This document shows positions 62,045 to 64,000 of a DNA stretch of 64,000 nucleotides, in pieces. Origin of the DNA: Dimorphilus gyrociliatus. Taxonomy: Eukaryota > Animalia > Annelida. Each line of letters opens with the position of its first letter. Position 1 is the first letter of the stretch. Below the pieces are notes generated by a model. It had not been told where the DNA came from and ran no database searches. It saw only the letters and a program-made list of their open reading frames with translations. The DNA lies in NCBI GenBank assembly GCA_904063045.1, contig CAJFCJ010000006.1, positions 3,860,408 through 3,924,407 of the forward strand. The letters run 5' to 3'. The translations under genes and the position numbers were made by a program.

Positions 62045-64000
62045 CTACGTAGGAGTTGAGGTCGAAGTAGACGACGTAATTGTTGAAGTCGATCTCACCG
62101 AAACAACGGCGGTTGATAATTGATGAGGCAGCATTTCAGCCAATTTCTCCAATGCAATTTGGGCTGCCGTTTCCCTGGCCTCGGCTTTGGTTTCGGCTGA
62201 TCCATGTGTTACCTATTTGAAAGAAAAGAAATTTAAATTCTTGTAAGTGCTTAATATTAAAAGTAATTACTTGAGGTGGACATGTATTCACTTTCAAAAG
62301 AGTAATCACTGCGGTCTTGTCACCTCCTCTGGGAAAATCTGTGTAGGTCATTTCTATATCGAATCTGTCGCATAAGGTTTTTAAGTTCTCTTCAGCTGTT
62401 GCTTTTCGTGAGACATCTGCTAAGCCATCCGATTCTCCATTATCTACTAATTGTTTAGCAATAAGAAACATCGTATTAGAATCTCTATTTCCTTTCGTTT
62501 TCTTTGTTCCATTATTCATATATAGTAAGCCAGGAGCTAGTTGACAACCTTTTTTATCATCGCTAAAGGATACGTTTTTCTTATCATGCTGTCCTTCACT
62601 AGAGTTTCTAATTGCCGGTTTTGATGGTTGCGCCATTTGACGATGATAACCTAAATTTTCAAGCATTTCTTCAGCAGCTGCCCTCTTTGCTAATTTTTTA
62701 TTCGGACCCTTTCCAATTGCTATATTTTGGCCAATTTTTACTTGAATTGTAAACTCTTTTTTACGACCCTGTCCTTCTTCACTAATTAAATTATATTCAG
62801 GTTCGGTGTCTTTCTTCGCTTGTTGAATGTGAATAAGTCTTGAAATCGGATTTACTTCTTGTCCATATTCAGGGCATGCTTTCTGCTGTTTGATTTTATT
62901 TTTACCATTATTTGTATTACGCTTTGGTCTAACGACTATAGAGCTCTCCGGTACCGGAAGACTGCTTAGTTGCGTTAACATCATTTTAGCAGCCTCTTTC
63001 TTTGCTAATTTCTTGGAATTACCACAACCAGATACTTCTTCATTAATTTTCTCGTTACCAGTTTGACCGACAGCAGTGCATAATATCGTAAAAGACTTCA
63101 TATGAGCCGGTCCACTTTCGTTGGCAACTTTAAAATTTAAGTCTAGATGTAGTTTTAAAGCAAGCTCATGCAACTGAGAAATGTTTGATTTTATCGAGGA
63201 TGAAGAATCTCCATTAACAGTATTACTATTAGTCTTATCTGGCGTTTGAGAAGGAAGTGGAAGGGACTTGAGAAGACGCAGAGCTTTAGACGCTGCATCA
63301 TGCTTTGCAGCTTGTCTCGTTGATCCTTCTCCTAGAAATTCACGGGGCCCTACACATACTGACATACAAAAGGTATGTGACAGTCGCGGAGCAGACATTC
63401 CTCGTCCATTTACAAAAGGAGCATTTGGACTTGGCTGCTGGTGGCATTGGACTTGTTTATAAGATACTTTTTCTCCTCGTTTCATGGCGAGAGCATTTAG
63501 TTCAACTGTTGGCGTTATTGCAGGATTTGACCCACTATTGTTCGTATTGGTGGAATTTCTATTCGAGTGTGGTCGGGATTTGAATGTGGGTCGGAGATAC
63601 TTAGTTGACTTTAAAGCTGTATCGGCAGCCTTATGTTGAGCCTTTTTTATACTAGGACCGGAGGCTTGGTAAACTTCTTCACCTAGTTGAAGATTGAAAT
63701 AAAAGACTTTTTCATGGGGTGGACCTTTCTCATCAACCAAAGTATAACAATGGTCTATTTTATTATATCTTGCTAATTCATTAACTAAGCTCATAGGTGT
63801 TTTTTCTTTTGGATTTGATAAACTTGTTGTCGATTGTTGCGATAATGCAGCTGTGTTGGTAAGGGGAACTTCTCCGAGATTCGACGCTATTTGCATTGTT
63901 TGTACAGCAGAATTAGGCATTACTACTGGTCCGGCTGTAAAATTTAATGACAAAAGTAACAAAAAACCCTACTTAGGCCATATCTTACCTGCCGCAAACC
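62045..64000 (-). CDS. STAU: Staufen double-stranded RNA-binding protein, 3' portion (5' end outside window)
   Basis: dsRBD1 KTPMSLVNELAR, split dsRBD2 TPTVELNALAMKRG, dsRBD3 KSNISQLHE, dsRBD4 NPISRLIHIQQAKK, SSM-like MFLIAKQL and dsRBD5. The spliced last exon ends in a Ser/Thr-rich tail, TAG at 62045-62047. Confidence 0.93.

Noticed and set aside
1-64000. Prokaryotic systems, CRISPR arrays, transposases, retroelements, rRNA
   Set aside because: No repeat-spacer arrays, terminal repeats, RT/transposase/integrase motifs or rRNA-like sequence were seen; the window is spliceosomal-intron-containing animal DNA.

Overview
AT-rich, very gene-dense animal (bilaterian) genomic DNA with spliceosomal introns mostly about 50-65 nt long. 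This is consistent with a miniaturised genome such as that of the annelid Dimorphilus; the species is inferred, not proven. About 24 intron-containing or single-exon protein genes can be reconstructed, in order: NUP58-like (3' part), CLIC, thimet oligopeptidase/neurolysin, enoyl-CoA hydratase, PIGZ, MRPS27, selenoprotein iodothyronine deiodinase with SECIS, carbohydrate sulfotransferase, carboxylesterase-like, UFSP2, POMGNT1-like, ELP5, small RING protein, ENPP4/5, an orphan gene, ABAT, SLC25A11, hnRNP L, HSF5-like, ZFAND2, CEP135, TBCCD1, UBR5 and Staufen (3' part). No mobile element, CRISPR array, rRNA or tRNA was found. The most interesting signals are RNA-level regulatory devices that the ORF track does not show. 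(1) The POMGNT1-like gene has a pair of 127-nt mutually exclusive exons, one with a GC donor, plus a candidate competing long-range RNA duplex. (2) hnRNP L has a CA-rich intron with a PTC-bearing poison exon at the same position as the vertebrate autoregulatory exon. (3) The deiodinase shows UGA-selenocysteine recoding with a form-2 SECIS. (4) CEP135 has an in-frame intronic alternative last exon that predicts a short isoform. All gene models were assembled by hand; exon boundaries need RNA-seq confirmation.
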